DNA of 64,000 bases from an uncultured Bacteroidales bacterium (GCA_964404735.1 CAYOLA010000067.1:8619-72618), one strand, 5' to 3'. Numbered from the stretch's first letter, positions 37,128 to 47,443 are shown. Notes: generated by a model from the letters alone, not told the origin. Numbers and translations are program-made.

Positions 37128-40100
37128 TCAGGCAACGGGTTGTTTATCTTTCTTTTTTCTGTGCAGTTGTTTTACCTGACGCGTAGGTACGCCTTTTAGC
37201 TTGCGGTCTCCGCCAAGAAGGTCATAGGCGATGGGACTGGCATTGAATAACGATGAATAGGTTCCGACGAGGATACCCATTAAAAGCGCAAAGGTAAATC
37301 CCCTGATCACTTCCCCGCCAAAGAGGAAAATGATCAGCAGCACAATGAGTGTTGTACCTGAAGTGTTCAGTGTTCTGACCAGGGTGCTGTTGAGGGCATT
37401 GTTCATATTCTCCCGCATGTCTTTTTTAGGGAATAATCCGCTATACTCCCTGATACGGTCGAATATGATCACCGTGTCGTTGATCGAATACCCCACAATG
37501 GTGAGGATGGCCGCAATAAACGCCTGGTCGATCTCCAGCCCGAAAGGCAGGATGTTATAAAACATGGAGAAAAGGCCAATAACGATAAGTGTGTCGTGAA
37601 GCAGGGCTGCCAGGCCCGCCAGCCCGAATTGCCATTTTTTGAACCTGATAGCGATATATACAAAGATCACCAGGAGGGCGATGATCACCGAACGCCAGGC
37701 CCTTCGCATGATATCGTCGGCGATCACCGGGTCCACTTTCTGGGAGCTGAGTATCCCGATCAGCTTGTCTTCGGTTTCCACGTCGGTGCTGAAGGCTTTG
37801 TAACCGAACGACTGGTCGACGTAAAACTTCTTGAGGCTGTTGTAAAGTTTTGTCTGGATAATGGAGTCAACTTCGGGTGATTTGTCTTCGATCAGGTATT
37901 TGGTTGTGATCTTGACCTGGGATGTCGGGCCGAAAGTCTTGATCTCAGGCGAGATATTCTCAAATTCGGCTGTAAGGGCATTTCGGACATCGCCGGTTGA
38001 AACGGGCTGGTCGAAACGTACCACATAGCTCCGTCCGCCGCTGAAATCGATGCCAGGGTTCAGTCCTCTTGTAAAGAGGGAAACAATACCGGCAAGGATG
38101 ATGAGGCTGGAAAGGATGTATGCCTTTTTTCTCATGCCCAGAAAATCGAAATGTATATTGGCCAGCCAGTTTCTTGTGTATTTATTGTCGAAGGAGAGTT
38201 TTTTGTTCTTGTTGAGCAGCGTGGTGAAAACCAGCCTTGAGATAAAAATGGCTGAGAAGAGCGATGACAGGATGCCGATGATGAGCGTTGTGGCAAAACC
38301 CTGCACCGGTCCGGTTCCGAATACATATAAAACGATACCTGTAAGGAGGGTTGTGATATTCCCGTCGATGATGGCGGAATAGGCATTCTTATAACCGTCG
38401 GCGATGGCAAGCCGCATTCCTTTGCCGGCCCTGATCTCTTCTTTGATACGTTCATAGATGATCACGTTGGCATCAACGGCCATACCGATGGTAAGCACGA
38501 TACCTGCAATACCCGGGAGTGTGAGTACCGCCTGGAGTGAAGCCAGAACGCCAAAAATAAAGAATATATTCGTTACCAATGCCAGATTGGCTACCCATCC
38601 GGCCCTGCTGTAAAACAATACCATGTATATCAATACCAGTGCAAAAGCGATCAGGAAGGATGATAAACCCGCACTGATGGCTTCGGCACCAAGGGATGGG
38701 CCAACCACTTCTTCTTCAACGATCCTGGCGGGAGCGGGAAGTTTTCCGGCTTTCAGGATGTTGGCAAGGTCTTTGGCTTCGTTCAGGTCGCCGATACCGG
38801 TAATGCTCGACATCCCGTTGGGGATCTCGCCCCTTACATTCGGGTAGGAATATACATAATCGTCGAGGACGATGGCGATCTGTTTGCCGACATTGTCGCG
38901 TGTGAGCCTTCTCCACACTTTTGCACCATCGCTGTTCATGGTCATGGAGACCTCAACATTTCCCAACTGGTCGAAATCCTGCCGGGCATTTACGATCACT
39001 TCCCCGGTAAGGGGTGCGCGTTTGTCGCGTGTGGTGATCTTCAGGGCCACCAGTTCCAGAATATCCGAACCCACTTCGCGGGGCTTGCTTGTCCAGGCAA
39101 GTTTCAGGTCGATGGGGAGCACTTCTTTGCCTCTTTTCAGCATATTGTTGATGCGGGCAGTGTCCTTGATCAGCGCATATCCCACCGTGGCCGAGCTAAA
39201 GGGCCTTCCTTCCTGATCGACCGATAACTGCAGGAGTGAGCGCAGGGGATAATTCTTTTCAACTTCTTCATCATCAACATCGGCCATGTCGGAGATGGGA
39301 TCGATCTCCAGTTGATCGAGCAGCGCAGTAGAGGCATCGGTGGTGTCTTCCGCTGTTCCTTCCGGCAAGGTTTCCAGTTCTGCGGTTTCCTGTCCAGCAG
39401 GGCTTGAATCTGCGGAACCGGCAGCTTTCAGGCTATCTGCCGAAAGCATCATTTCCTCTCTGGCATTCTGCTGGCGGATCAGCTCTTCAACCTCCAGCAG
39501 GTCATTGGCAATATCCGGGAAGCTGTATGTTTCCCAAAATTCAAGCTGGGCGGTACCCTGCAGGAGCTTCCTGATCCTTGCCGGATCCTTGATGCCGGGA
39601 AGTTCAACCAGGATCCTTCCTGCCGTAGCCAGTCTTGAGATATTGGGCTGGGTTACGCCAAAACGGTCGATACGGGTACGCAGGATGTTGAAAGCCCTGT
39701 CGATGGCATCATCGGTTTCCTCCCTCAGCACCTGTATCACTTCTGCATTGGTGCTGCTGAAGGTTATTTTATCCCTCAGGTCGATTGAAGTGAAGTGCTG
39801 GGATAGATTTTGTCCCGCGGCCATTTCTTCCCACGTCTCACCAAAGATGGTGATGAAATCTCTTGAACTTTTACGTTGCCTCAGTGAGGTTTCCTGCAGG
39901 ACGGACTGGAAAAGAGGGTCTTCATTATAGTCCGAAAGTGCTTCAACGATGTCGCCAACCTTGACTTCGAGGATCACGTTCATTCCGCCTTTCAGATCAA
40001 GGCCAAGGTTTAGTTCGCGTTCCTTTGCTTCCTTGTATGAATATTTCCTGATCAGGATGTTGTAGGTTCCCGCCAGGTTATCGAGATAATACTGTTCCCT

Positions 40101-40307
40101 GTCTTTCGAAATTGAATCAATCAGGTAAATCTCCCTCAGGGCATCCCCTCCTGCCAGTTTCCCGGCCATGACATAAGTTTCTTCAGCAAATGCATACTTC
40201 TCTGCATCTTTTTCAACCTTTGCCGTGAAAAAAGAGAAGGATAACTGGAAAAGACAAACCACTGCGAAAGCGACAGCAAAAACGATAATGGCACCTCTGC
40301 TCTGCAT
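37128..40307 (-). CDS. secDF: Fused protein translocase subunit SecDF
   Basis: 1059 aa with a large periplasmic domain and two 6-helix blocks (GLDLKGGM, GPSLG..., IGYSINDTVIIFDRIRE). Confidence 0.93.
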   Translation of the reverse strand: MQSRGAIIVFAVAFAVVCLFQLSFSFFTAKVEKDAEKYAFAEETYVMAGKLAGGDALREIYLIDSISKDREQYYLDNLAGTYNILIRKYSYKEAKERELNLGLDLKGGMNVILEVKVGDIVEALSDYNEDPLFQSVLQETSLRQRKSSRDFITIFGETWEEMAAGQNLSQHFTSIDLRDKITFSSTNAEVIQVLREETDDAIDRAFNILRTRIDRFGVTQPNISRLATAGRILVELPGIKDPARIRKLLQGTAQLEFWETYSFPDIANDLLEVEELIRQQNAREEMMLSADSLKAAGSADSSPAGQETAELETLPEGTAEDTTDASTALLDQLEIDPISDMADVDDEEVEKNYPLRSLLQLSVDQEGRPFSSATVGYALIKDTARINNMLKRGKEVLPIDLKLAWTSKPREVGSDILELVALKITTRDKRAPLTGEVIVNARQDFDQLGNVEVSMTMNSDGAKVWRRLTRDNVGKQIAIVLDDYVYSYPNVRGEIPNGMSSITGIGDLNEAKDLANILKAGKLPAPARIVEEEVVGPSLGAEAISAGLSSFLIAFALVLIYMVLFYSRAGWVANLALVTNIFFIFGVLASLQAVLTLPGIAGIVLTIGMAVDANVIIYERIKEEIRAGKGMRLAIADGYKNAYSAIIDGNITTLLTGIVLYVFGTGPVQGFATTLIIGILSSLFSAIFISRLVFTTLLNKNKKLSFDNKYTRNWLANIHFDFLGMRKKAYILSSLIILAGIVSLFTRGLNPGIDFSGGRSYVVRFDQPVSTGDVRNALTAEFENISPEIKTFGPTSQVKITTKYLIEDKSPEVDSIIQTKLYNSLKKFYVDQSFGYKAFSTDVETEDKLIGILSSQKVDPVIADDIMRRAWRSVIIALLVIFVYIAIRFKKWQFGLAGLAALLHDTLIVIGLFSMFYNILPFGLEIDQAFIAAILTIVGYSINDTVIIFDRIREYSGLFPKKDMRENMNNALNSTLVRTLNTSGTTLIVLLIIFLFGGEVIRGFTFALLMGILVGTYSSLFNASPIAYDLLGGDRKLKGVPTRQVKQLHRKKKDKQPVA

Positions 40308-40348
40308 ATGTTCTAGTTTAGGTTATTGTACTTTGATTTTTGAGGGTG

Positions 40349-40356
40349 CAAAAATA
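40349..40356 (-). promoter_or_regulatory. -7 box TATTTTTG upstream of secDF
   Basis: Minus strand reads TATTTTTG, about 42 nt upstream of the secDF ATG. Confidence 0.5.
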
Positions 40357-40525
40357 GAACAATATTCTTTAAATACCAATTAATAATGTACGGAAAAATG
40401 GCTTTGCAGTTGAAGGGCTTGAACTGAGTGAAGTGCTTCAGGTGATTGCAGTTAGGGGACGACGGTGAGGTGTCGGACTATGAGAATAGATTTCTCCCTT
40501 TCCTGGTATCATCATTTACGACCAC

Positions 40526-41785
40526 TCATTGAACAATGAATTTTTGGTAAAGGGAAGGTCCTTCAGGGTTTGCAAGCTGGAAAATGTATATTCCCGGAAC
40601 GAGGCCTGAGGTATTGATCTCTGGTATTTCTGTCGCGTAAGGGAAATGTCTCTCGAGAACCACCCTCCCGCTGATGTCGCGGATAAACACCATGGTGTTG
40701 CTTAGGGGTTTTCCGGATTTGCAAAAGAGGTTCGAGGTGCATGGATTAGGGTAAAGCCAGATCGTTTCCCGTTTCCTGTAGGTCTTGTCCTTCATTCCCA
40801 CAATGCCTCCGCTGGCGGTATGCACGATGGCCCCGTTGGTTCCTGCCGCCCAGCCATGCAGACTATCGGCAAAATGGATGCAAGCAAAATAATCTGCCGG
40901 GTCTTCGTACTGCAAGTAAGTCTCCTGCTCCGGCGGGTAGAGGTGAAAGATGCGTTTTGACCCCGTGACCCAACCGTGATCCGCATCGGGGAAATGGATA
41001 CTGTAGAAGACAGAGTAATAATCGCCAACGTACCAGTCCCAGTCAACACCACCGTTCGACGAGTTCCAGACCACTCCTCCATCTATGAAATAATACTCCC
41101 TCATATATCCGCTGATCCAGATGTTCAGGCTATCTGCCACGCAGAGATCATGGAACTGGTAAATGATGTAATCCGGGTTATATGGCCATGTGTAGCGTGT
41201 AGTCCAGGTATTCCCGCCGTCACTTGTCATCATGATATGATGAAGATGCGGAAGGTCATAATTCCGGCAAAGTAACCAGCCTTTGCTTGTGTCTGCAAAC
41301 CCGATATCGATCAGGAACCTTTCGCTGTTCCCGATGCTCAGGTCTTGCCAGGTCAGTCCGCCATCGCGGGTCCTTACGATCACCTGGTTCCCGTTGCCGG
41401 TTAGCCAGCCGTTGAGCGAATCGGTGAACGACATGCCGGTATAGGAAGCCAAAACCCCGGTTGGTAAGAGGTTCCAACTCGTACCCCCGTCGGCGGTGAG
41501 CAGCACCTGTGAACTAGCCCCCGCAATGATCCCTTTTTGTGTATCGAAGAAATGCATGCACTTTGCCGTGTAGGGGATTGTGCTGTTTTCCCAGGTGATG
41601 CCGCCGTCAGTGGTGTGTAAGAGCGTACCTCCTTCGCCAGCCGCCCATACATGCAGGGAGTCGACGGCAAATACCTCAATAAGATCTGTTTCAATGCCAC
41701 TTTCCTGCCCCAACCAGGCTGTTTCCTGCCCTTGTAACGCGGCGGGGAATAATAACAGGGCAAGTATGATACGGTTTGCTTTCAT
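40526..41785 (-). CDS. T9SS-secreted Asp-box (BNR) beta-propeller protein, Ycf48-like
   Basis: Five Asp-box motifs (TTDGGITW, TADGGTSW, TRDGGLTW, TSDGGNTW, SSNGGVDW) and a T9SS CTD (LYPNPCTSNL...GIYIFQLANPEGPSLYQKFIVQ). Start set at ATG 41785 (MKANRIIL signal) because a -7 box lies inside the longer track ORF. Confidence 0.75.
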   Translation of the reverse strand: MKANRIILALLLFPAALQGQETAWLGQESGIETDLIEVFAVDSLHVWAAGEGGTLLHTTDGGITWENSTIPYTAKCMHFFDTQKGIIAGASSQVLLTADGGTSWNLLPTGVLASYTGMSFTDSLNGWLTGNGNQVIVRTRDGGLTWQDLSIGNSERFLIDIGFADTSKGWLLCRNYDLPHLHHIMMTSDGGNTWTTRYTWPYNPDYIIYQFHDLCVADSLNIWISGYMREYYFIDGGVVWNSSNGGVDWDWYVGDYYSVFYSIHFPDADHGWVTGSKRIFHLYPPEQETYLQYEDPADYFACIHFADSLHGWAAGTNGAIVHTASGGIVGMKDKTYRKRETIWLYPNPCTSNLFCKSGKPLSNTMVFIRDISGRVVLERHFPYATEIPEINTSGLVPGIYIFQLANPEGPSLYQKFIVQ

Positions 41786-41802
41786 CAGGGATACTGCATG
41801 AT

Positions 41803-41810
41803 CAAAAATA
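41803..41810 (-). promoter_or_regulatory. -7 box TATTTTTG upstream of the Asp-box propeller gene
   Basis: Minus strand reads TATTTTTG, 18 nt upstream of ATG 41785. Confidence 0.5.
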
Positions 41811-41878
41811 CAATAAAAGATCAGGAAAGTCAAGTTCGTGACCGTAGTAAGCAGAATGGTATTTAGTCTGGAAAAAGC

Positions 41879-42844
41879 TCAGAAGTGCCTGTTCTTCACC
41901 AGAAAGCCCTGAACATATTCTTCTATCCCCTCTTCAAGGGAGTAGAAAGGGCGCGTATAGCCCGTAGAACGGAGTTTTTGCATCCCGGCTTCGGTGAAAT
42001 ACTGGTATTTGTCGCGGATATCTTCGGGCGTGTCAATGAATTCGATCACAGGTTCCATGTTGAGTGACCTGAAAGTTCCGTGGGCCAGGTCGAGGAAGGC
42101 ACGGGCATGTCCGGTACCAAGGTTGTAAATGCCAGAATGTTCCCGGAAGGTCATCATGAAATACATCACATCGGCCACATCTTTCACGTAAATAAAATCG
42201 CGGAGCTGCATGCCGTCTTCATAATCGGGATGATGCGACCTGAAAAGCTTCACTTTACCCGTTTCCATGATCTGCCTGTAGGCGTGGAAGATCACTGATG
42301 CCATCCGCCCCTTATGGTATTCATTAGGCCCGTAAACATTAAAGAATTTCAAACCGGCCCAGAAAACAGGCTTTTCGCTTTGCTGCAATACCCACTTGTC
42401 GAATTCGTTCTTGGATTCACCATAAGGATTGAGGGGTTTAAGTTCGGGGATGATGTCGTGCCTGTCATCATAACCCAGTTCGCCCATTCCATAAGTGGCC
42501 GCAGAAGAAGCGTATACCAGCGGAATACTGTATTCAGCGCATGCCCGCCACATTTTTTTGGAGTAGCCCAGATTGAGTTCGTCAAATATGCTTTTATCGA
42601 ACTCTGTGGTGTCGGTGCGTGCCCCCAGATGGAAAATGAAATCCACATCCTTGTGGTTTTTATCAAGCCATTTGAAAAACTCATCCCGCTTAACCAACTC
42701 GCGGATGGCCTTGTTCGCCAGATTTTTCTCTTTTTCCGGCCGTGTAAAGTCATCAACCGGGACGATGTCGGTAAAACCCTTGTTGTTGAGTTTGCCAACC
42801 ATGACGCTGCCGATAAAGCCTGCCGCTCCGGTAACAATGATCAT
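41879..42844 (-). CDS. hldD: ADP-L-glycero-D-manno-heptose 6-epimerase
   Basis: Collinear by eye with E. coli HldD: MIIVTGAAGFIGS, YASSAATYG, FNVYGPNEYHKGRMASV, NLGTGHARAF. Confidence 0.88.
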   Translation of the reverse strand: MIIVTGAAGFIGSVMVGKLNNKGFTDIVPVDDFTRPEKEKNLANKAIRELVKRDEFFKWLDKNHKDVDFIFHLGARTDTTEFDKSIFDELNLGYSKKMWRACAEYSIPLVYASSAATYGMGELGYDDRHDIIPELKPLNPYGESKNEFDKWVLQQSEKPVFWAGLKFFNVYGPNEYHKGRMASVIFHAYRQIMETGKVKLFRSHHPDYEDGMQLRDFIYVKDVADVMYFMMTFREHSGIYNLGTGHARAFLDLAHGTFRSLNMEPVIEFIDTPEDIRDKYQYFTEAGMQKLRSTGYTRPFYSLEEGIEEYVQGFLVKNRHF

Positions 42845-42860
42845 GTTTAATGCTTTTCTG

Positions 42861-42868
42861 CAAAATTA
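42861..42868 (-). promoter_or_regulatory. -7 box TAATTTTG upstream of hldD
   Basis: Minus strand reads TAATTTTG, 17 nt upstream of the hldD ATG. Confidence 0.5.
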
Positions 42869-42998
42869 ATCCCTTCCGGGCTCTAAAGCAAGTAAAACTA
42901 ATATTTATGATCTGCGCCAGGCGGCGAAATCACAAATAGCAGCAATGCACCCATTCAAAAACAGGCATGGCTGGTGGCGCTACCTGAAACTTTATGAT

Positions 42999-43006
42999 TA
43001 TCTTTG
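42999..43006 (+). promoter_or_regulatory. -7 box TATCTTTG upstream of protease gene 1
   Basis: Exact TAnnTTTG match within TGATTATCTTTGT, 38 nt before ATG 43044. The same 13-mer precedes protease gene 2. Confidence 0.5.
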
Positions 43007-43043
43007 TCGCAATATAATAACACATCAAAACAAAAAATTAAGC

Positions 43044-45470
43044 ATGAAAAAGCTATTCTCTATGATGATCATGGTGGCTGCATTCACAATGTTTCTGCCC
43101 ACCCTTGTTCTCTCTCAGGTCAGCCGTCCGGGGATACCCCCGAGTTCGATATATGAGGATCTTCCGGTAATGATTGACTACAGAGAGTTTCAGGCTCCCG
43201 ACATGGCCCAGATCGAGGCCGAAGACCTCGAAAACGAATTTGCGATTAACCCCATGCCCTACCGTGCAGGTGTGGCCGTTCCGGTGAACCTCGACATTGA
43301 AAAGGCCGGAGAATGGACTGCGCTGCCCGATGGGGGCAGGGTCTGGCGGCTTTCACTGAAAGTGGAAGGCGCACTGGCGCTGGGTGTTTACTATGACGAT
43401 TTCTGGCTGCCCTACGGAGGAGAATTATATCTGTATAACGAAGATAAGACCCAGGTGCTGGGTGCCTATACCGAAGACAATAACAACCCCGAATGCGTTT
43501 TTGCCAATCAGCTGGTGCAGGGCGATTTGGTAACCCTCGAATATTATCATCCGGCCGGACAGGAAATAGAACCATTGATCAGCATCTCGGAACTGGCCTT
43601 TACATACCGCGGCGTCAGCTTTGAAAATATGCCCGGTAAAGGCGGCTCTCTCTGGTGTATGATCAATGTGAACTGCTCCCCGGAAGGCGATAACTGGCAG
43701 GATGAAAAACGGGGCGTGGTAAAACAGTATATGAAGATCGGCTGGGGTTATTACCTCTGCTCAGGAACCTTGGTCAACAATACGGAACAGGATCTCACAC
43801 CCTATGTCCTTACGGCTTATCACTGCGGCGAAGGCGCCACGGCAGCCGACCGTAACCAGTGGATATTCTATTTCAATTATGAATCGGCTACCTGTACGGG
43901 CAACTGGGGCCCGTCAAACCAGACCATGACAGGCTGCGACCTGCGTGCCCAGGGCGATTACGATACGGGTTCCGACTTCCTTCTGATTGAAATGAAATAC
44001 AATGTGCCGGCAAGTTACAATGCCTATTTCAACGGTTGGGACCGGACCAATATCGGTGCCGACAGCGGGGTGAACATCCATCATCCGGCAGGGGACATTA
44101 AAAAGATATCAACCTATACATACCAACTCACCTCCTCGCCCTGGAACAACAATGGCGTACTTTCGCACTGGAAGGCATACTGGGCTGAAACCGTGCACGG
44201 AACCTCCATTACCGAAGGCGGGTCTTCCGGTTCCCCGCTTTTCAGCCAGGAAGGACTGGTGGTTGGCGATCTTACGGGTGGCCCCCCCGATAATTGTACA
44301 AACCCGCTTTACAGCCTGTATGGCAAGGTATACTGGTCGTGGGACAAAATGGGGACGGCCAACAGCCAACGGCTGAAACCATGGCTCGACCCGGGTAATT
44401 ACGGACCGGAAAAATGGGAAGGAACCTATACGGGAACCATCCCTTCACCGGATTTTACCGCCGACAAGACAAACCTTCAAACAGGCGAATCAGTGACATT
44501 TGAGGATATGACGACGGGGAATCCCCTCGACTGGGAATGGACTTTCAACGGAGGAACCCCCGGTAGCCATACCGGCCAGGACCCACCCTCCATTACCTAT
44601 AACACGCCGGGTATTTACGCTGTTGTGCTCACAGCAACCAATACACTGGGCTCCGGAACCAAAGACAGTGTTGATATGATTGTTGTTGGTGCTCCTTCTG
44701 CCAATTTCTCATCAACAAACACTTATTTGGTGTCGGGAGAAACGGTTGATTTTACAGATGATTCAGAAGGTGATCCCATCGAATGGAACTGGACCTTTTA
44801 CGGCGGAACACCGGAGTTTTCCGATGAACAAAACCCGGCCGGCATCCTTTATGATGCGCAGGGTAGTTATGATGTAAAACTGTTGGTAACCAACCAGTAT
44901 GGTACCGACTCCATTACAAAGGAAGCCTATGTAACGGTTGACGGACCCTTTGCCGATTTTACCGCGGATGCTACCAATGTCCTGGTAGGAGAGAGTGTTA
45001 CATTTTCAGATCTTTCCATCAATGACCCCGATACATGGTCATGGAAGTTCTTTGGCGGAAGTCCGGGAAGCCATACAGGCCAGGATCCGCCTGCAGTCAG
45101 CTATAACGCCCCTGGTAGCTATAACGTTAAACTAACCGTTTCGAATGACCTGGGAACACATTTTATGGTCAGGGAAAGTTATATCAACGTGGGCGGGGTC
45201 GGCCTGAACGATAATATCCCCGATGAGGCCGTGAATATTTATCCCAATCCCACCCAGGGAAGTTTTTCCGTTGATGCCGGGGATATTCGCCTCGAAGGTG
45301 CACGGCTCCGGGTCCTGAACGCGGCCGCGGAAGTGGTTTATGATCAAATTATCGGTAAAGAGGTTGGTAATGTCATGGTTGACATGGGCGACCAGCCGGC
45401 CGGGATATACCTTGTCAGGATCACGCTCGGCGAAGAGGCGTTCAGCAGGAAAATAAGCCTGGTAAAATAA
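43044..45470 (+). CDS. T9SS-secreted S1-family serine endopeptidase (lysyl-endopeptidase-like) with 3 PKD domains
   Basis: Signal peptide and pro-region. Catalytic His in LTAYHCG, Asp in GSDFLLIEM, Ser in EGGSSGSPLF. Three PKD-like domains. T9SS CTD (IYPNPTQGSFSVD...GIYLVRITLGEEAFSRKISLVK). Start placed at ATG 43044. Confidence 0.8.
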   Translation: MKKLFSMMIMVAAFTMFLPTLVLSQVSRPGIPPSSIYEDLPVMIDYREFQAPDMAQIEAEDLENEFAINPMPYRAGVAVPVNLDIEKAGEWTALPDGGRVWRLSLKVEGALALGVYYDDFWLPYGGELYLYNEDKTQVLGAYTEDNNNPECVFANQLVQGDLVTLEYYHPAGQEIEPLISISELAFTYRGVSFENMPGKGGSLWCMINVNCSPEGDNWQDEKRGVVKQYMKIGWGYYLCSGTLVNNTEQDLTPYVLTAYHCGEGATAADRNQWIFYFNYESATCTGNWGPSNQTMTGCDLRAQGDYDTGSDFLLIEMKYNVPASYNAYFNGWDRTNIGADSGVNIHHPAGDIKKISTYTYQLTSSPWNNNGVLSHWKAYWAETVHGTSITEGGSSGSPLFSQEGLVVGDLTGGPPDNCTNPLYSLYGKVYWSWDKMGTANSQRLKPWLDPGNYGPEKWEGTYTGTIPSPDFTADKTNLQTGESVTFEDMTTGNPLDWEWTFNGGTPGSHTGQDPPSITYNTPGIYAVVLTATNTLGSGTKDSVDMIVVGAPSANFSSTNTYLVSGETVDFTDDSEGDPIEWNWTFYGGTPEFSDEQNPAGILYDAQGSYDVKLLVTNQYGTDSITKEAYVTVDGPFADFTADATNVLVGESVTFSDLSINDPDTWSWKFFGGSPGSHTGQDPPAVSYNAPGSYNVKLTVSNDLGTHFMVRESYINVGGVGLNDNIPDEAVNIYPNPTQGSFSVDAGDIRLEGARLRVLNAAAEVVYDQIIGKEVGNVMVDMGDQPAGIYLVRITLGEEAFSRKISLVK
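44454..45191 (+). repeat. Three tandem PKD-like domains (~82 aa each)
   Basis: The units begin FTADKTNLQTGESVTFED..., FSSTNTYLVSGETVDFTD... and FTADATNVLVGESVTFSD.... Units 1 and 3 share GG(T/S)PGSHTGQDPP. Confidence 0.8.
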
Positions 45471-45490
45471 AATCCGCATACTGTTCTTTC

Positions 45491-45537
45491 AGAAAGCCAT
45501 TCGTGAAATTATATTCACCGGATGGCTTTCTTATTTT
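45491..45537 (+). terminator. Hairpin plus T-tract after protease gene 1
   Basis: 10-bp perfect stem AGAAAGCCAT (45491-45500) / ATGGCTTTCT (45522-45531), extendable by 2 bp, with a 17-nt loop. TATTTT follows. The loop is long for a canonical terminator. Confidence 0.5.
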
Positions 45538-45567
45538 GGCGTTTTGTATTTTTTCTGATCAATTGAT

Positions 45568-45575
45568 TATCTTTG
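45568..45575 (+). promoter_or_regulatory. -7 box TATCTTTG with -33 TTTG upstream of protease gene 2 (near-leaderless)
   Basis: TTTG (45543-45546), then 21 nt, then TATCTTTG, then 7 nt, then ATG 45583. Confidence 0.6.
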
Positions 45576-45582
45576 TTTGGGT

Positions 45583-47436
45583 ATGAAAAGAATAGCCATA
45601 ATATTAAGCCTGCTCCTGCCTGTATTTTTGCAGGCCGGCCGGTTGCCCGAAAATTTGCCCCTTGTTTTTAACCAAAATATTCAGGGCGATTCCCTGCCAT
45701 TCATTTTGCTAACAGCACCGGATACAAGCCTGAGGCCGGAAGGTAAGCAGCCGCAGCCATACCGGATTGCTGTGGGCACCGAAGTGAATATCGATCTGGC
45801 CGGGGAAGCAAAAAGATTTATTCACAGCAGCGGCAGGGAGGTCATGATGCTGGGTATCCGAATGAAAGGGGCCCGTGGCCTCATCCTGTATTTTAATGAG
45901 TTTTTTATCCCCGAAGGGGGAAAGCTTTATATTTATTCCCGCGACCGGAGTCACCTCACAGGCGCCTATACAGCTGAAAGTAACCGCCCGGGCGGGTATT
46001 TTGCAGCAGAAATGGTCGAAGGCGATGAGATCATTATCGAGTATGATGCCCCGGAAGGGAAACCGGCCGATCCCCGTATCAGTATCTACCAGGTGCATTT
46101 CGTTTACCGCGATCCCGCTACCTTTCTGAAAGGGCAGTCGGGGCCATGCGAAGTAAATGTCAACTGCCCCGAAGGCCAGGCGTGGCAGAATGAAAAAAGA
46201 AGCGTAGTAAAAATCGTGCTGAAATCCGGATTAGGTTCCTATCTGTGTACCGGGGCGCTGGTTAACAATACGCGGCAGGATAGTACACCCTATTTCCTCA
46301 CGGCGCGGCATTGCGGCAGTAATGCTTCCATCAGCGACTATTCTCAATGGCAGTTCTTCTTTAATTATGAATCCCTTAGCTGTGAGAATCCCCCCGAAGA
46401 CCCTTTTTCAAACAAGATCACGGGATCGACACTGCTTGCGGAGGCACCTGATGATATTTCGAGCGGATCCGACTTCAAATTATTGCTGCTGAGCCAAAAG
46501 GTCCCCGATTCCTATAACCCATTCCTGGCGGGTTGGGACAGGAGCGGGTTGCCGGCCCAACATGGCGTGGGCATCCATCATCCAAAAGGTGATATCAAGA
46601 AAATCTCCACCTATACCAACCCTCTTGTTTCAACGGAATACGGCGTATCGGCATCCAATCCGGATGGTTTATACTGGAAAGTTGTTTGGGCTGAAACCGA
46701 AAGCGGACACGGCGTTACGGAAGGCGGTTCTTCGGGTTCCCCGATCTTTAACCAGAACGGCAGAATTGTTGGAACCCTGACCGGTGGCGGAGCCAGTTGC
46801 AATGCACCTACTGCTCCCGACTATTATGGCAAGTTTTCCTACCACTGGTCTTCGAACGGAAGTCCGGGAGGAGCCCAACTCAGGCCTTACCTCGATCCCG
46901 ATAATACAGGTGTGACAGGCATTGACGGCTTTGGTTATGGTAACCTGCTCAGTGCAAATTTTAAGGCGGATACTACCACCATCAGCCTCGGGGGGAAAAT
47001 CAATTTTATCGACCAGTCAAACGGCATTCCCCTCGAATGGGAATGGAGTTTCCCGGGTGCGGTGCCGGCTTCCTTCTCCGGCCCCTACCCGACACAGATC
47101 GCATACCAGGATTATGGTACCTATGATGTTAGGCTGATCGTAAGTAACGGTCAACAGAGCGATACCATTGTCAGGAAAGATTATATACGGGTCATCCCGA
47201 ACCTGTATCCGAACCCTGCCCGGGAGTATGTGATCCTGGACTTTGGGAATCGGGAACTGGCATATATAGCGGTTACTGTTTTCAATCTGAATGGATCGTT
47301 TGTGAAAGAATTCAGGAATGACGAGATCGTAACGGGAATTTATAAGGTGCCGGTGGCTGACCTGAATGCCGGTAATTATATTTTCAGGGTCAAAACCAAC
47401 ATCATGGAAACCCCGATTCCGCTGATCGTATTCTGA
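45583..47436 (+). CDS. T9SS-secreted S1-family serine endopeptidase (lysyl-endopeptidase-like) with 1 PKD domain, paralog of the upstream gene
   Basis: Same pro-region and catalytic layout as gene 1 (LTARHCG, GSDFKLLLL, EGGSSGSPIF). One PKD-like domain. T9SS CTD (LYPNPAREYVILD...GNYIFRVKTNIMETPIPLIVF). Confidence 0.8.
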   Translation: MKRIAIILSLLLPVFLQAGRLPENLPLVFNQNIQGDSLPFILLTAPDTSLRPEGKQPQPYRIAVGTEVNIDLAGEAKRFIHSSGREVMMLGIRMKGARGLILYFNEFFIPEGGKLYIYSRDRSHLTGAYTAESNRPGGYFAAEMVEGDEIIIEYDAPEGKPADPRISIYQVHFVYRDPATFLKGQSGPCEVNVNCPEGQAWQNEKRSVVKIVLKSGLGSYLCTGALVNNTRQDSTPYFLTARHCGSNASISDYSQWQFFFNYESLSCENPPEDPFSNKITGSTLLAEAPDDISSGSDFKLLLLSQKVPDSYNPFLAGWDRSGLPAQHGVGIHHPKGDIKKISTYTNPLVSTEYGVSASNPDGLYWKVVWAETESGHGVTEGGSSGSPIFNQNGRIVGTLTGGGASCNAPTAPDYYGKFSYHWSSNGSPGGAQLRPYLDPDNTGVTGIDGFGYGNLLSANFKADTTTISLGGKINFIDQSNGIPLEWEWSFPGAVPASFSGPYPTQIAYQDYGTYDVRLIVSNGQQSDTIVRKDYIRVIPNLYPNPAREYVILDFGNRELAYIAVTVFNLNGSFVKEFRNDEIVTGIYKVPVADLNAGNYIFRVKTNIMETPIPLIVF

Positions 47437-47443
47437 TCAGGTA

